A stretch of 54,250 nt of DNA from Proteobacteria bacterium UBA1148 (GCA_002311835.1 DBZY01000013.1:6664-60913); one strand, 5' to 3'. Positions 36,037 to 45,842 are shown, counted from the stretch's first letter. Notes: a model not told the origin generated them from the sequence alone. Numbers and translations are program-made.

Positions 36037-36846
36037 TCAGCTTACTTCCTGGAGATGCCTGACTTCGGCCACACCGCCTTGCACTCCATCGAGTTGTTGA
36101 AAAATTTCCGCGGCTTCATCTGCAATTGCATCCGCAATGTCGGTCAACATGCGCTGAGCTTTATCTACAGTTGCATGCTCTGGACTCCCGTACCAACCCG
36201 TTGCTGCAATAGAACGAATATCGGTCAAGACTGGTTGGAAAGCACGTGTGCGACGTAACTTATCCATCTTACGACCATGCTCTGCGTCCGAAGAGTAATC
36301 AATACGATCAAGGTGGACGAGTTCTGGTCGGTGCGCAAGGATTGCCAGCACTTCAATTTCACCACCGTGGGTAAGCCCCCCGCACTCGTGACCGTAGAGG
36401 TCTGCAGCGATATAACACGCCTGCACGGTTACTACCGAAATCCCATGATCCCGATGAAGTGCATCAGCTGCTATAGATAATGAAGGAATGTTGCCTTCAT
36501 GCCAGTTGAGTATTAGGCAACGCCGAGCGCCATGCTTCGCCGTAGATATACATGTCTCCTTTACCACATTCATATAAGTTTCCGGTGTCAGGGTAATGGT
36601 CCCTTCGAACGGCATATGCATGGGTGTAACACCAAGAGGGCCGCCGGGTAAAACTAATCCATCCAGACGTTCGGCAACCGCATGACCAATGATGTTAGAG
36701 GCAAAGATGTCAGTGCCCGTCGGCAAGTGCGGCCCGTGTTGTTCAACACTGCCAGCTGGGAAAATCACCAACGGATTCTTCTTAAGCTGAGCAGCAATCT
36801 CCGGCTGAGTTAAATCAATGAAGTATCGGGTGGGGAGCTTGCTCAT
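36037..36846 (-). CDS. creatininase-family amidohydrolase
   Basis: 269-aa ORF. PAGSVEQHGPHLPTGTD and the later HGGEIE are characteristic of the creatininase / formamide hydrolase family. Confidence 0.8.
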   Translation of the reverse strand: MSKLPTRYFIDLTQPEIAAQLKKNPLVIFPAGSVEQHGPHLPTGTDIFASNIIGHAVAERLDGLVLPGGPLGVTPMHMPFEGTITLTPETYMNVVKETCISTAKHGARRCLILNWHEGNIPSLSIAADALHRDHGISVVTVQACYIAADLYGHECGGLTHGGEIEVLAILAHRPELVHLDRIDYSSDAEHGRKMDKLRRTRAFQPVLTDIRSIAATGWYGSPEHATVDKAQRMLTDIADAIADEAAEIFQQLDGVQGGVAEVRHLQEVS

Positions 36847-36870
36847 AGCCTTTCCTTTATCTGTAAACTT

Positions 36871-37947
36871 TTAAGCCGCTGCCAGCCGAGCACGAGATTC
36901 TTCAAGCACACTTTCTAGTGAAACAAGTTGACCGTTTTGGTCTACTGACCGCAGGGCAGCATTCACCACAGCAAGTGCGATATTACCGCTACTGGCATTT
37001 AGTTCAGAGGGTTGACCCGTGATGCATACCTCAGCAAACATCTCAAGTTCATCCAAAAACATATCCCCTGCTGGTAGCTCTAGTACCTCGCGCTTGCTAT
37101 AACCATCTTTACCTCGTTGAATGTAGAGCAGTGAAGTCTCATGCAGCCGATCAGGCGTATCCCAGGTACTGAAATCTAGCTCGTAGTGCATCAAGCCTTT
37201 TTGGCCGAACACACGGACACAAAAAATGCCGGGCGATGTCCAACTCGATCCTACGTACCCGAGTTTGCCATCCGCGAATTTCAATGTGGTCATGGTCTGG
37301 TCATCTACCTCCGCGCCCACTGGAGAGAGTTTCGACGCAATTGATGCCACCGATTCAATTTCTCCACCGAGGAAGTGCAGCGTATCAAACTGGTGTATGG
37401 CCAACTGCGATAGTGGCCCCCCTGGCGCTTTGTCACGGTACCAGCGCCAGGTATCAGGCGTAATCTCTAACGCCCGCTCATTCGAGAAATTTGCTTCCAT
37501 AAAGACCACTCGACCAAGTTCATCACTGTCCATCGCCTCACGCATCAAACGCACGCCCTTAAGCAATCGCGCACTGTGTCCCACCATTACTTGCACACCA
37601 TACCGCTCTTGAAGTGCTTCAATGGCGAGACCAGACTCTAGGGTATTTGCGATCGGCTTTTCCGTGTACACCTGCTTACCAGCCTTAGCGGCGAGCTCCG
37701 CGACCGGAAGATGTTGCTCGTTAGGAACAGTGAGAATCACGCCCTTAATTTCAGGATTTTTGAGTAATGTCTCCATGTTCGGAGCGGCCGTAATGCCAAA
37801 CTCCTCCTGGTAGCTCTGGCGCTTTTCCTCAGAGCGACTGTAGCCAGCTACGATGCTGAATTTTGTGGATTTCTGAGCCGCCCGTGTAAGCACTTTGGCC
37901 CAACGACCAAGCCCTATGATGCCGACTTTGACCGATTCCGATTTCAT
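36871..37947 (-). CDS. Gfo/Idh/MocA family oxidoreductase
   Basis: 358-aa ORF with the N-terminal Rossmann motif VKVGIIGLGRWA and the EKP motif (VYTEKPIA). Confidence 0.85.
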   Translation of the reverse strand: MKSESVKVGIIGLGRWAKVLTRAAQKSTKFSIVAGYSRSEEKRQSYQEEFGITAAPNMETLLKNPEIKGVILTVPNEQHLPVAELAAKAGKQVYTEKPIANTLESGLAIEALQERYGVQVMVGHSARLLKGVRLMREAMDSDELGRVVFMEANFSNERALEITPDTWRWYRDKAPGGPLSQLAIHQFDTLHFLGGEIESVASIASKLSPVGAEVDDQTMTTLKFADGKLGYVGSSWTSPGIFCVRVFGQKGLMHYELDFSTWDTPDRLHETSLLYIQRGKDGYSKREVLELPAGDMFLDELEMFAEVCITGQPSELNASSGNIALAVVNAALRSVDQNGQLVSLESVLEESRARLAAA

Positions 37948-37992
37948 CCTCGCATTTCCCTTTGAAATATAAGGCTTTCAGACAACAGTATT

Positions 37993-38709
37993 ATGGTATT
38001 ACAATATGGTCGCATGAGCCAAGCTCCATTGCTAAAAATCGAAAAAGTCCCTGCATCCCTACGACAATTGGTGTTAGGGCGCTTGCGTGAAGCTATTATT
38101 TCCGGGCATCTGGCGCCCGGAGAACGACTGACAGAACGTACGCTGACAGAACAGATGGGCGTCTCCCGGACAGTGTTGCGAGAAGCGCTTCGTCAACTTG
38201 AAACCGAACACCTCGTAGAAGTTATCCCCAATAAAGGGCCAGTCGTACGGGCACTTAGCGCCGAGGAGGCGAAGGATCTCTATCGGATACGAGCCGTATT
38301 ACATGGGCTCGCTGCTCGAATCTGCGTAGAAAACGCCGATGAAGCAAGCGTACGTCGACTTGAAGAGGCCCTCAAAATAGTGATCAATGCATATGAAAGT
38401 GGAGACGCTGAACAGGTTCTTGATGCCAAGACGTCCTTCTATGACGTGCTCTATGAAGGAACACAGAGCGAGTCTCTCAGTGAGATGCTCGAAACACTCC
38501 ATGCACGGATCGCCCGTTGGAGGGCATTAGGTCTTGGCCATCCAAAACGATCGGATAAACGCTCCCGGGAAAGCATGAATAACCTGAAAGCTATTGTCGA
38601 TGCGGTAAAACAAAGAAACGCCGACGTGGCCGAACGCCTAACGCGCGAAGAAGACAACCAGGCAGGACGAGAGGTCATGCGACTGCTTGCCTTCGAGCCA
38701 GCAAAATGA
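37993..38709 (+). CDS. GntR family transcriptional regulator (FCD subfamily)
   Basis: 238-aa ORF with the wHTH string LTERTLTEQMGVSRTVLREALRQL. The in-frame ATG at 38014 (MSQAPL...) is a likely true start. Confidence 0.85.
   Translation: MVLQYGRMSQAPLLKIEKVPASLRQLVLGRLREAIISGHLAPGERLTERTLTEQMGVSRTVLREALRQLETEHLVEVIPNKGPVVRALSAEEAKDLYRIRAVLHGLAARICVENADEASVRRLEEALKIVINAYESGDAEQVLDAKTSFYDVLYEGTQSESLSEMLETLHARIARWRALGLGHPKRSDKRSRESMNNLKAIVDAVKQRNADVAERLTREEDNQAGREVMRLLAFEPAK
37994..38004. promoter_or_regulatory. candidate GntR box in the divergent 36871..37947 / GntR control region
   Basis: TGGTATTACAA fits TNGTNNNACNA exactly. It lies in the 45-66 bp spacer and overlaps the first ATG (37993) of the regulator ORF. 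Confidence 0.35.
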
Positions 38710-38746
38710 GCGAGAATATTAAGATGATGAAAGGAGAGGAAAGCCC

Positions 38747-39034
38747 ATGAGCATTCCGCATTTACTAGTTCATAACAAACTTGACAATGTTGGCGTCGTG
38801 GTCGTTGAAGGCGTAGAAGCAGGGACAGACTTGCTTGCCGTAGTCACCGAAGACAACAGCGACTTCACAATTACCACCCAACATGACATTCCTATCGGAC
38901 ATAAGATTGCTCTTTCAGATTTCACTGAGGGTGATACGGTAATTAAGTACGGTGTAGACATTGGCCGTATCGTCCAAAATACGAATAAAGGCGAACATAT
39001 CCACACACACAATCTAAAAACTAAACGATGGTAG
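38747..39034 (+). CDS. UxaA-family dehydratase, small N-terminal (SAF domain) subunit
   Basis: 95-aa ORF. DNVGVVV...IPIGHKIAL...GDTVIKYG matches the SAF/altronate dehydratase N-domain. It lies immediately upstream of the large subunit. Confidence 0.75.
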   Translation: MSIPHLLVHNKLDNVGVVVVEGVEAGTDLLAVVTEDNSDFTITTQHDIPIGHKIALSDFTEGDTVIKYGVDIGRIVQNTNKGEHIHTHNLKTKRW

Positions 39035-39040
39035 GCAAAC

Positions 39041-40213
39041 ATGGCAACTAACGAAACATTTTTTGGGTATCGACGGGGAAATAGCCGTGTCGGTGTGCGT
39101 AACTACGTGGCGATACTCCCTGTCGATGATATCTCCAACGCTGCCTGCGAAGCGGTAGCTAATAATATTCAAGGTACTATTGCCCTACCCCACTCTTACG
39201 GGAGACTTCAGTTCGGCGAGGACCTTGAACTTCATTTCCGAACCATGATCGGCACAGGGGCCAATCCAAATGTTGCTGCCTGCATCGTAATCGGTATCGA
39301 ACCCGGTTGGACTCAACAAATTGTGGATGGCATAGCTGACACAGGAAAGCCAGTAGTAGGTTTTTCTATAGAACAACACGGGGATATTGAAACTATTGCT
39401 ACAGCATCGCGCAAAGCCAAGGAATTTGTACACATGACCTCCGGTCTCCAACGCGAAGAATGCGATATCTCGGAATTATGGGTCGCAGCCAAGTGCGGCG
39501 AGTCTGATACGACTACTGGCCTAGCATCATGCCCAGCTGTTGGAAATATGTATGACAAATGGATCCCGAAGGGCATTTACGGTTGCTTTGGAGAAACGAC
39601 CGAAATTACTGGCGCAGAACACATTTGTGCGGCACGGGCAGCAACGCCAGAAATTGGCGAAAAATTTATGAAAACATGGCAAGCCTATCAGGACGAGGTA
39701 GTTGAGCCCTATAAAACATCGGATTTGTCAGATAGCCAGCCAACTAAGGGCAACATACTGGGCGGCCTGACTACTATCGAAGAAAAAGCTTTGGGGAACC
39801 TGGAGAAAATAGGAAAAGAAATCAGTTACATAGATGTGCTAGAACCAGCCGAAGCTCCCTTGAGTGGACCTGGACTATATTTTATGGACACCTCCTCTGC
39901 AGCAGCAGAGTGCAACACAATACAAGCTGCAGCAGGCTACGTGGTGCACTGTTTTCCAACAGGCCAAGGTAATATCATCGGCAACCCCATCATGCCCGTG
40001 ATCAAAATTACTGGTAATCCCCGCACCGTACGAACCATGGGCGAGCATATTGATGTAGATGTTTCCGGCGTAGTACGCCGAGAAATGACTATTCCACAAG
40101 CTGGTGATGCCCTTATAGATGCAATCATCCAAACAGCTAATGGACGATTCACTGCAGCAGAAGCTCTGGGTCACAAAGAATTCGTGATGACCAAGCTCTA
40201 CCGTAGCGCTTAA
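39041..40213 (+). CDS. UxaA-family sugar-acid dehydratase, large subunit
   Basis: 390-aa [23 protein letters not shown] and the downstream pattern match the C-terminal catalytic part of altronate/galactarate dehydratases. Confidence 0.8.
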   Translation: MATNETFFGYRRGNSRVGVRNYVAILPVDDISNAACEAVANNIQGTIALPHSYGRLQFGEDLELHFRTMIGTGANPNVAACIVIGIEPGWTQQIVDGIADTGKPVVGFSIEQHGDIETIATASRKAKEFVHMTSGLQREECDISELWVAAKCGESDTTTGLASCPAVGNMYDKWIPKGIYGCFGETTEITGAEHICAARAATPEIGEKFMKTWQAYQDEVVEPYKTSDLSDSQPTKGNILGGLTTIEEKALGNLEKIGKEISYIDVLEPAEAPLSGPGLYFMDTSSAAAECNTIQAAAGYVVHCFPTGQGNIIGNPIMPVIKITGNPRTVRTMGEHIDVDVSGVVRREMTIPQAGDALIDAIIQTANGRFTAAEALGHKEFVMTKLYRSA

Positions 40214-40330
40214 CAACCCTCTATCCCAATACTTCAAGCTGCCCTCGAAGCTATCCGCTAACGAAGGCCTATATATTAACCAGACTAGTTGAGTCCGCTA
40301 CTCTCGGGGATACAGTTGTACTGGTAAAGC

Positions 40331-40911
40331 TCAAGGCTGGCAATCGTAAGCGTAGAGTTGCAGATGTGGCGAATACACCATCTCAGTTCGTCCCTCGAAG
40401 GGTTCCGCTAAAAACTCGGGATCTTCCACGAACACATCTACGATCGCCCGTGTACCGTCATCGCTCAACGAGAAGCGTTCGACCACATGCTTTTGTGCCC
40501 CTGAGGGCACGCCGCCTGAACTGTTCCCCGCACGGTGAGAGGACAGAAGCGTTGTGTCTACTACTAGCGTATCGCCCTCCCACCAACCGACGGAGTGGCC
40601 TTGATTTGTTCGTTCCCCGTTCTCCGGGTGATCTGCGACCATCCATGTATACCGTGCGTGACATGTCGAAGAACTCGTTCCTCAGGATCACGCGATCCTC
40701 GCGCAACTCAATACCGCTTAAGTAGTTAGTACTGGAGTTCAGAAATGGCGGCGGTATCGGGACGCATTGCACGTTGGGACTGTCCGTAACTCTATCGTAT
40801 GAGGCGACGGCGGTCTCTCCGGCGGGCGTTAAGACTAATCGATCTGGTCTGCCCCCCCAAACCGGTGCTGCGGACCCCCCTCCAGACGCCTTCTAGGCTC
40901 GAGGCGGCAAC
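40331..40911 (-). pseudogene. frameshifted remnant of the W(E/D)GDTLVV-motif secreted protein family
   Basis: Family motifs are split across three frames: LEGVWRG; then LTPAGETAVASYDRV...VQC...RTVYMDG; then DHPENG...GHSVGWWEGDTLVVDTT...ERFSLSDD. One shift maps to a C7 run (40852..40858) and a second near 40630. No signal peptide and no own start codon. Confidence 0.8.
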
Positions 40912-41302
40912 TGTTACCTCAGCCTTCCCCTCGACTTGCGACCAGAGTCTGCCGTCAGTTGTCTCTAAGGTATTTAAAATGGCCCGTGCGCTGACCCGAC
41001 CGCATGGGGGTGTGCACGAATCGTCACTGTTTGACCGGGATCCAATAGGTCTTGCGACCAGCCACTTCGAATCATGATCGGCGTCGAGCCGCTCTCGATC
41101 TCCCACTCGACCCTTCTCACCGGTTTCGTCTTCTGTTTCGACGAAGATCGTCACGTGGGGGTTACGAAAAATATAGCGTGCGACCTCGGCGTCGAACGCT
41201 ACGATGGTCTTCGTAATCGTAGACCGCATCACTGTGGTGACTCTTAGCGTGATTTCCTCCCAGAATTACCATCGCTAATGCCATAATGCATAAAATTCTC
41301 AC
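40912..41302 (-). pseudogene. frameshifted remnant of the HH...NPH (DUF6152-like) gene
   Basis: Leader plus SHHSDAVYDYE reads in one frame and TIVAFDAEVARYIFRNPHVTIFVETEDETGEK in a second. VEWEIESGSTPIMIRSGWSQDLLDPGQTVTIRAHP reads in a third frame, then the sequence returns for AILNTLETTDGRLW. That makes at least three frameshifts, and the stop codon separating it from the next gene is lost. Confidence 0.8.
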
Positions 41303-41457
41303 GCCTTATCTCCTGAAATTGGTAGCTGGGATCTGAGTCAGCTAGGGCCCAGGCGGCATAATATCAATGGTATCTTCGTCCTGCTAGACGTAGTCAATCC
41401 GCAAGTTTTACAACAAATAATGAATATCTCCTGTGGATTGAGTCACTTATGGTTATT

Positions 41458-41487
41458 TTGATATATGTATATTATTTTTGGTAATAT
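41458..41487 (+). promoter_or_regulatory. sigma70-like promoter candidate for 41518..41775
   Basis: TTGATA (41458..41463), an 18-nt spacer, then TAATAT (41482..41487). An AGGAG lies 7 nt before the TTG start. Confidence 0.4.
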
Positions 41488-41517
41488 ACAACTCGTGCCG
41501 CACACTAGGAGACGTCG

Positions 41518-41775
41518 TTGAATCTGGTACGAGCGTTCAAAGAGCATCCAGAATCTGTTGGAGAGACGTACACCGAACATCTCGTTGCTGCACTGGGATT
41601 CGCTGCCACAATGATGCGGGCAGCTATTTGTTGCATTGTGCATGCCTTCGTACCGTGTCTTTTTACGAACACAGGCAGTCGAGCCGTCAAGAAACTCTCT
41701 AAAAGGATGGATCGTGGGCACTCTCCTCCTGCCACCATCACCACAGAACAACAAACGGTATCCCAGCACTATTGA
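41518..41775 (+). CDS. small membrane protein, DUF6356-like (family name from memory)
   Basis: 85-aa ORF. EHPESVGETYTEH...IVHAFVPCLFTNTGS matches my recollection of this small conserved family. It has a good RBS and a TTG start. Confidence 0.55.
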   Translation: MNLVRAFKEHPESVGETYTEHLVAALGFAATMMRAAICCIVHAFVPCLFTNTGSRAVKKLSKRMDRGHSPPATITTEQQTVSQHY

Positions 41776-41779
41776 GTCG

Positions 41780-42409
41780 CTAATCGAGTTGTTGTAGCGG
41801 AGGTTCAGCGCTTCCCGGAGCTGGCGTTCGGGCCGTGTTCATAGTCATTGCAAGCATAGTGTAATAACCGATGATCCCCACTGTATCTATAACCCCTTTC
41901 TCACCGAACATCTCAAGCGCCTGAGCATAAGTTGCATCGCTGACAGCCTTATCTCGATTCAGCTCCGTAAAAAATGCGTACAAAACCGCCTCATCTTCAG
42001 CTAAACCTTCTAAAGGGCGACCTTCGGCCAAAGCACTCACGATCTCCAAGCTAACCCCGACATCAAGAGCGATTTGATGGTGCGCATACCACTCGTATGG
42101 CTGTGTCCACTCCCGGGCTGTCATAAGAATAACGAATTCGCTGAGTCGAGGCGGTAAGCTACTATTGAAGCGCAGATAGTCCCCCATGGCTCGCGCGCGA
42201 GTCAGGACCTCCGGGCTCCGTAGCAATGGCACCCATGGCCCTCGTGGGCCATAGCCACGCATCTCCACCAGTTCCGCAACCGCAGCGGCCTGTTCAGCAG
42301 TAAGGCTCTCCGACGGGATTGGTGGCAGACGATCCTGAGCAAAAACTAGATTCGCCACCAAAAACATCACAGGGATGGCAACTAAAATAGGCCGTTTGAT
42401 TAAAATCAT
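41780..42409 (-). CDS. carboxymuconolactone decarboxylase (AhpD-like) family protein, secreted
   Basis: 209-aa ORF with a signal peptide (VMFLVANLVFAQD) and the CMD-like core MTAREWTQPYEWYAHHQIAL. Confidence 0.7.
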   Translation of the reverse strand: MILIKRPILVAIPVMFLVANLVFAQDRLPPIPSESLTAEQAAAVAELVEMRGYGPRGPWVPLLRSPEVLTRARAMGDYLRFNSSLPPRLSEFVILMTAREWTQPYEWYAHHQIALDVGVSLEIVSALAEGRPLEGLAEDEAVLYAFFTELNRDKAVSDATYAQALEMFGEKGVIDTVGIIGYYTMLAMTMNTARTPAPGSAEPPLQQLD

Positions 42410-42635
42410 GATGCTCCAAATTCATTAGACAGTAGGATCGCGTATCGAAAACTGACGCGTAGAACACTACACTTGTATCAGGATATCACAACAAAAAACT
42501 GCTCCTGACGGTTACAATAAAACAGTAATAGTTGTTAAACATCATCACGCATTCTATGGCAGATAATTTTTATACCCGGATGCAGTCATACAAAGTACCC
42601 GCGTATAATATGCGGAGGGGCAATAGGGAGAAAAT

Positions 42636-43679
42636 ATGATTAAAAATACTTTGAGTCTCGCTCTTACACTAAGTGTTTTATTGGTTGGATTTTTCTCCTC
42701 AAGCTCCGGTCAAGAAGTACCGCAGCGTGTTATCACGCACGTAACGGGTGACTTTTATCGAGCCCAGAATAACAATCATAACTCTGCATTCCTGGTTACC
42801 CCCGAAGGCATTATCGTCGTGGACCCTCTCAATGAAGATTTCGCTGAGTGGCTCAAACAAGAACTAGATGAGAGATTTGGCGTTCCGGTCAGATACGTTC
42901 TCTACAGCCATCATCATTGGGACCATGCTTCGGGAGGAGCTGTATTTGAAGATACCGCTCAATTCGTGGGGCATGCCAACATGCTAACCCACCTGGCAAT
43001 GCCACCAGATTCTACGACACTATCCGATGTCATCGGTCAATACGCACCCGTAGCCGCACTGGACACCAACGCCAATGGACAGATCGAACCTAGCGAAGCC
43101 GCCGGTAATGATACCGACGCCCCATTCTCCGCTTTCGATGCTAACGGTGACGGTCTGTTAAGCGGCGCGGAAGTCTTAAGAGGACCGTTAAGCCAAGTAC
43201 GCCCACCAACTATTACGTACCAGAACAAACTCGAAATCACACTCGGCGGTAAGCGAGCAATACTAGAGTGGGTTGGAGAGATGAATCACTCCCTTGATAT
43301 GAGCCGAATCATCTTCCCAGAGGAAAGCGTGATGATGGTAGTAGACTACATCACATTCGGCCGCCTACCTTACAGAGAACTGGACTATGAACTCGGCATG
43401 TTCCAAGAATGGATGGCAGCGATCCGAGAAGCAGAAGAGACGTCAAAGAATTACGAGTACGTTACGACAGGACATGGACCACTAGGCAACTGGGAAAACG
43501 TGACCGAATGGCGAGTGTATTTCGAGAAATTACATGAAGTGGTCGCGACTGGAATCACCGAAGGTCGATCTCTGGCAGAAATGCGAGAAAATATTCGTAT
43601 TCCCGAGTACGAACACTGGACTGGCTACAACTGGCTTCATGAGAACGTGCTAGGGATGTATCACTTCCTAACCGATTGA
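42636..43679 (+). CDS. secreted MBL-fold metallo-hydrolase with an inserted EF-hand pair
   Basis: 347-aa ORF with a signal peptide and the HxHxDH motif (SHHHWDHASGG). It carries two canonical 12-residue EF-hand loops, DTNANGQIEPSE and DANGDGLLSGAE (nt 43062..43172). Confidence 0.8.
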   Translation: MIKNTLSLALTLSVLLVGFFSSSSGQEVPQRVITHVTGDFYRAQNNNHNSAFLVTPEGIIVVDPLNEDFAEWLKQELDERFGVPVRYVLYSHHHWDHASGGAVFEDTAQFVGHANMLTHLAMPPDSTTLSDVIGQYAPVAALDTNANGQIEPSEAAGNDTDAPFSAFDANGDGLLSGAEVLRGPLSQVRPPTITYQNKLEITLGGKRAILEWVGEMNHSLDMSRIIFPEESVMMVVDYITFGRLPYRELDYELGMFQEWMAAIREAEETSKNYEYVTTGHGPLGNWENVTEWRVYFEKLHEVVATGITEGRSLAEMRENIRIPEYEHWTGYNWLHENVLGMYHFLTD

Positions 43680-43734
43680 ACATGCCCTTGTTCACGCAAG
43701 ACTCCCGTGGGATATCGCCCTGACGACATCACTC

Positions 43735-44766
43735 GTGAATGTCTGTGCAAACGATCTTGAGATATTCAGTCGAGAGATCTTCAAGCGCGCGGGCTTATCC
43801 GAAGAACACGCTCAAACTCAAGCTAATATTCTTGTGTGGGCTAATTTGCGCGGCATTGACTCTCACGGCGTGCTCCGCATCCCACGCTATCTCGGCTGGT
43901 TACAAAAAGGAATAATGAACTCAGTGCCAAATATTAGTATTACTAAGCAAACCCCCTCCTCTGTGCTCATTGATGCAGATAAAGCTCCGGGCGCACTATC
44001 AATGAGTTTTGCTATGGAGCAGTCTATCGAGAAAGCACAGAAAGCAGGTATTGGCTGGGCGTTCGTTAAGCACACTACTCATTCTGGACCAGTGGGGTAC
44101 TACGCCCAACTAGCAGTGCGAGAGGAAATGGTTGGAATTGTGATCGTGACTAGCCGGCCTAACATGGCTTACTTTGGCTCAAAAGCAGCAGGGGTAGCCA
44201 CCAATCCAATTGCAATCGCTGTGCCAGGTGGACCTGACGGTTCCGTCATGCTCGATATGGCTAGCAGTGAACTAGCTATTGGTAAAATAAAAGATGCTCT
44301 AGCCCGTGAAGCAGTACTGCCAGAAGGTGGGGCGTTAACGAAAGAAGGTCGCCCGACCACGGATCCGGCTGAAGCAGCCATCCCCATGCCGCTGGGCGGA
44401 GCTAAGGGGTCCGGCCTCTCTCTCATGTTCGAGACCCTTGTCAGCCTTCTGATCGGAAACCCACTACTAGAACCTGCGCTAGCTGGGAGGGAACAAGATC
44501 ATAGCCAGAACGGTCTGGCTATTGCCGTTAATATTTCAACCTTTACGGACATTGATGATTACAAAAAATGTATGACTGCCCTTGCTCAAGCTCTCAAAGA
44601 ACTCCCCCCCATGAAGTCCGGTGGCGAGATCTTTTTGCCCGGTGAGATAGAGATTCGGAAGCTCGAAGAACGACGCCGCGTTGGCATCCCCATACCTACT
44701 AGAATTTGGAACCAACTCTCCGCTTCAGCAAAAACGCTGAATGTACCGATGCCAGAAACCACTTAA
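43735..44766 (+). CDS. Ldh family 2 (malate/L-lactate/ureidoglycolate-type) oxidoreductase
   Basis: 343-aa ORF with GIDSHGVLRIPRY and a later PLGGAKGSGLSLM, typical of the Ldh_2 family. GTG start. Confidence 0.8.
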   Translation: MNVCANDLEIFSREIFKRAGLSEEHAQTQANILVWANLRGIDSHGVLRIPRYLGWLQKGIMNSVPNISITKQTPSSVLIDADKAPGALSMSFAMEQSIEKAQKAGIGWAFVKHTTHSGPVGYYAQLAVREEMVGIVIVTSRPNMAYFGSKAAGVATNPIAIAVPGGPDGSVMLDMASSELAIGKIKDALAREAVLPEGGALTKEGRPTTDPAEAAIPMPLGGAKGSGLSLMFETLVSLLIGNPLLEPALAGREQDHSQNGLAIAVNISTFTDIDDYKKCMTALAQALKELPPMKSGGEIFLPGEIEIRKLEERRRVGIPIPTRIWNQLSASAKTLNVPMPETT

Positions 44767-44775
44767 GAAAAGGCT

Positions 44776-45042
44776 ATGAGCATCTATCAGGTTCAGAAAC
44801 TTATCCAAACCGTGAATCGAGAACAAAAATCACGCGAAGAATTTTTAGAATCTCGAGAATCTCTGGCTGATAAGTTTGTGCTAACGAATACGGAATATCA
44901 GGCCATTGTAGAACTTGACATCAACACCCTCTACGAAATGGGAGTACATCCACTACTGCTCAGACCTTTCACTATTATCCACGGTGTTTCAGAACCCGAT
45001 TATCTAAAAGCTATCCGTGAGGGGATTGATTCGTGCCCGTAG
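44776..45042 (+). CDS. LigA-like small subunit of a class III extradiol dioxygenase
   Basis: 88-aa ORF with an all-helical pattern ending ...LYEMGVHPLLLRPF..., as in protocatechuate 4,5-dioxygenase alpha subunits. It overlaps the LigB-like gene by 10 nt. Confidence 0.65.
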   Translation: MSIYQVQKLIQTVNREQKSREEFLESRESLADKFVLTNTEYQAIVELDINTLYEMGVHPLLLRPFTIIHGVSEPDYLKAIREGIDSCP

Positions 45043-45842
45043 TATTCACTTGCTCAGTGAGTCATACGCCTGGCATTCGTGCATGGGCTGAGGCAGCGGA
45101 TTCCGATCAGAAAGAACGTCTCTATTCTGGTTTCGGCGAACTACACAAGCGTATGGAGGCGGCAAACCCCGACACCATACTGATCATTAGTAGCGAACAT
45201 TTTGCAAACTTCTTCCTAGACTGTATGCCAGCATTCACTATGGGGCAGGCCGAAACGTATTTCGGCCCCATAGAGCCCTGGGTCAAAATTGACCAGGGAC
45301 TGACGACTGGAGATCCTGAGCTTTCTGAGCGACTTCTAAGCGCCTGTTACTCAGACGGCGTGGAGCTCAACTATGCACACGAAATGAAGCTCGATCATGG
45401 TGTCATGATCCCCTTAAGCTTTCTTGATCCAGCTCGCGGACTACCTATAATTCCGCTCATTATTAATGCAATGACACACCCGATGCCAAAGCTGACACGT
45501 TGCTATGAACTAGGCCAGGCATTAGCCCGGGCTCTAAAAATGGAATCTCGTCGTGTTGCCGTCATCGCAGCGGGAGGCCTGAGTCACGCACCGGGCGAGC
45601 GCATGCATGGAGAGATTGATACTGAATTCGACCAAGAATTTATACGTCGTCTCGTCGCGAACGAGGTGAACGCTTTCACATCTTATACAGATCAGGAGAT
45701 AGAGCGGACTGGTCTCGGGACACATGAAATCCGCTCCTGGATAACCGCTGCTGGAATCGCTGGAAACAAGCAAGCGAAGGCAATTTTTTATGAACCTATC
45801 ACTGCCTGGGCAACGGGCTGTGGGTTACTCTACTACGCCTAA
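45033..45842 (+). CDS. class III extradiol ring-cleavage dioxygenase, LigB-like catalytic subunit
   Basis: 269-aa ORF. It has the N-terminal SVSHTPG, then SSEHF, a later GGLSH and an overall LigB pattern. GTG start. Confidence 0.75.
   Translation: MPVVFTCSVSHTPGIRAWAEAADSDQKERLYSGFGELHKRMEAANPDTILIISSEHFANFFLDCMPAFTMGQAETYFGPIEPWVKIDQGLTTGDPELSERLLSACYSDGVELNYAHEMKLDHGVMIPLSFLDPARGLPIIPLIINAMTHPMPKLTRCYELGQALARALKMESRRVAVIAAGGLSHAPGERMHGEIDTEFDQEFIRRLVANEVNAFTSYTDQEIERTGLGTHEIRSWITAAGIAGNKQAKAIFYEPITAWATGCGLLYYA

Noticed and set aside
41443-41769. Three alternative ORFs (41443..41769 minus, 41478..41702 plus, 41505..41744 minus) overlapping the 85-aa plus-strand ORF.
   Set aside because: Only the 41518..41775 frame has an AGGAG RBS, an upstream -35/-10 pair and a family-like sequence (HPESVGETY...TGS). 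The others have none of these.
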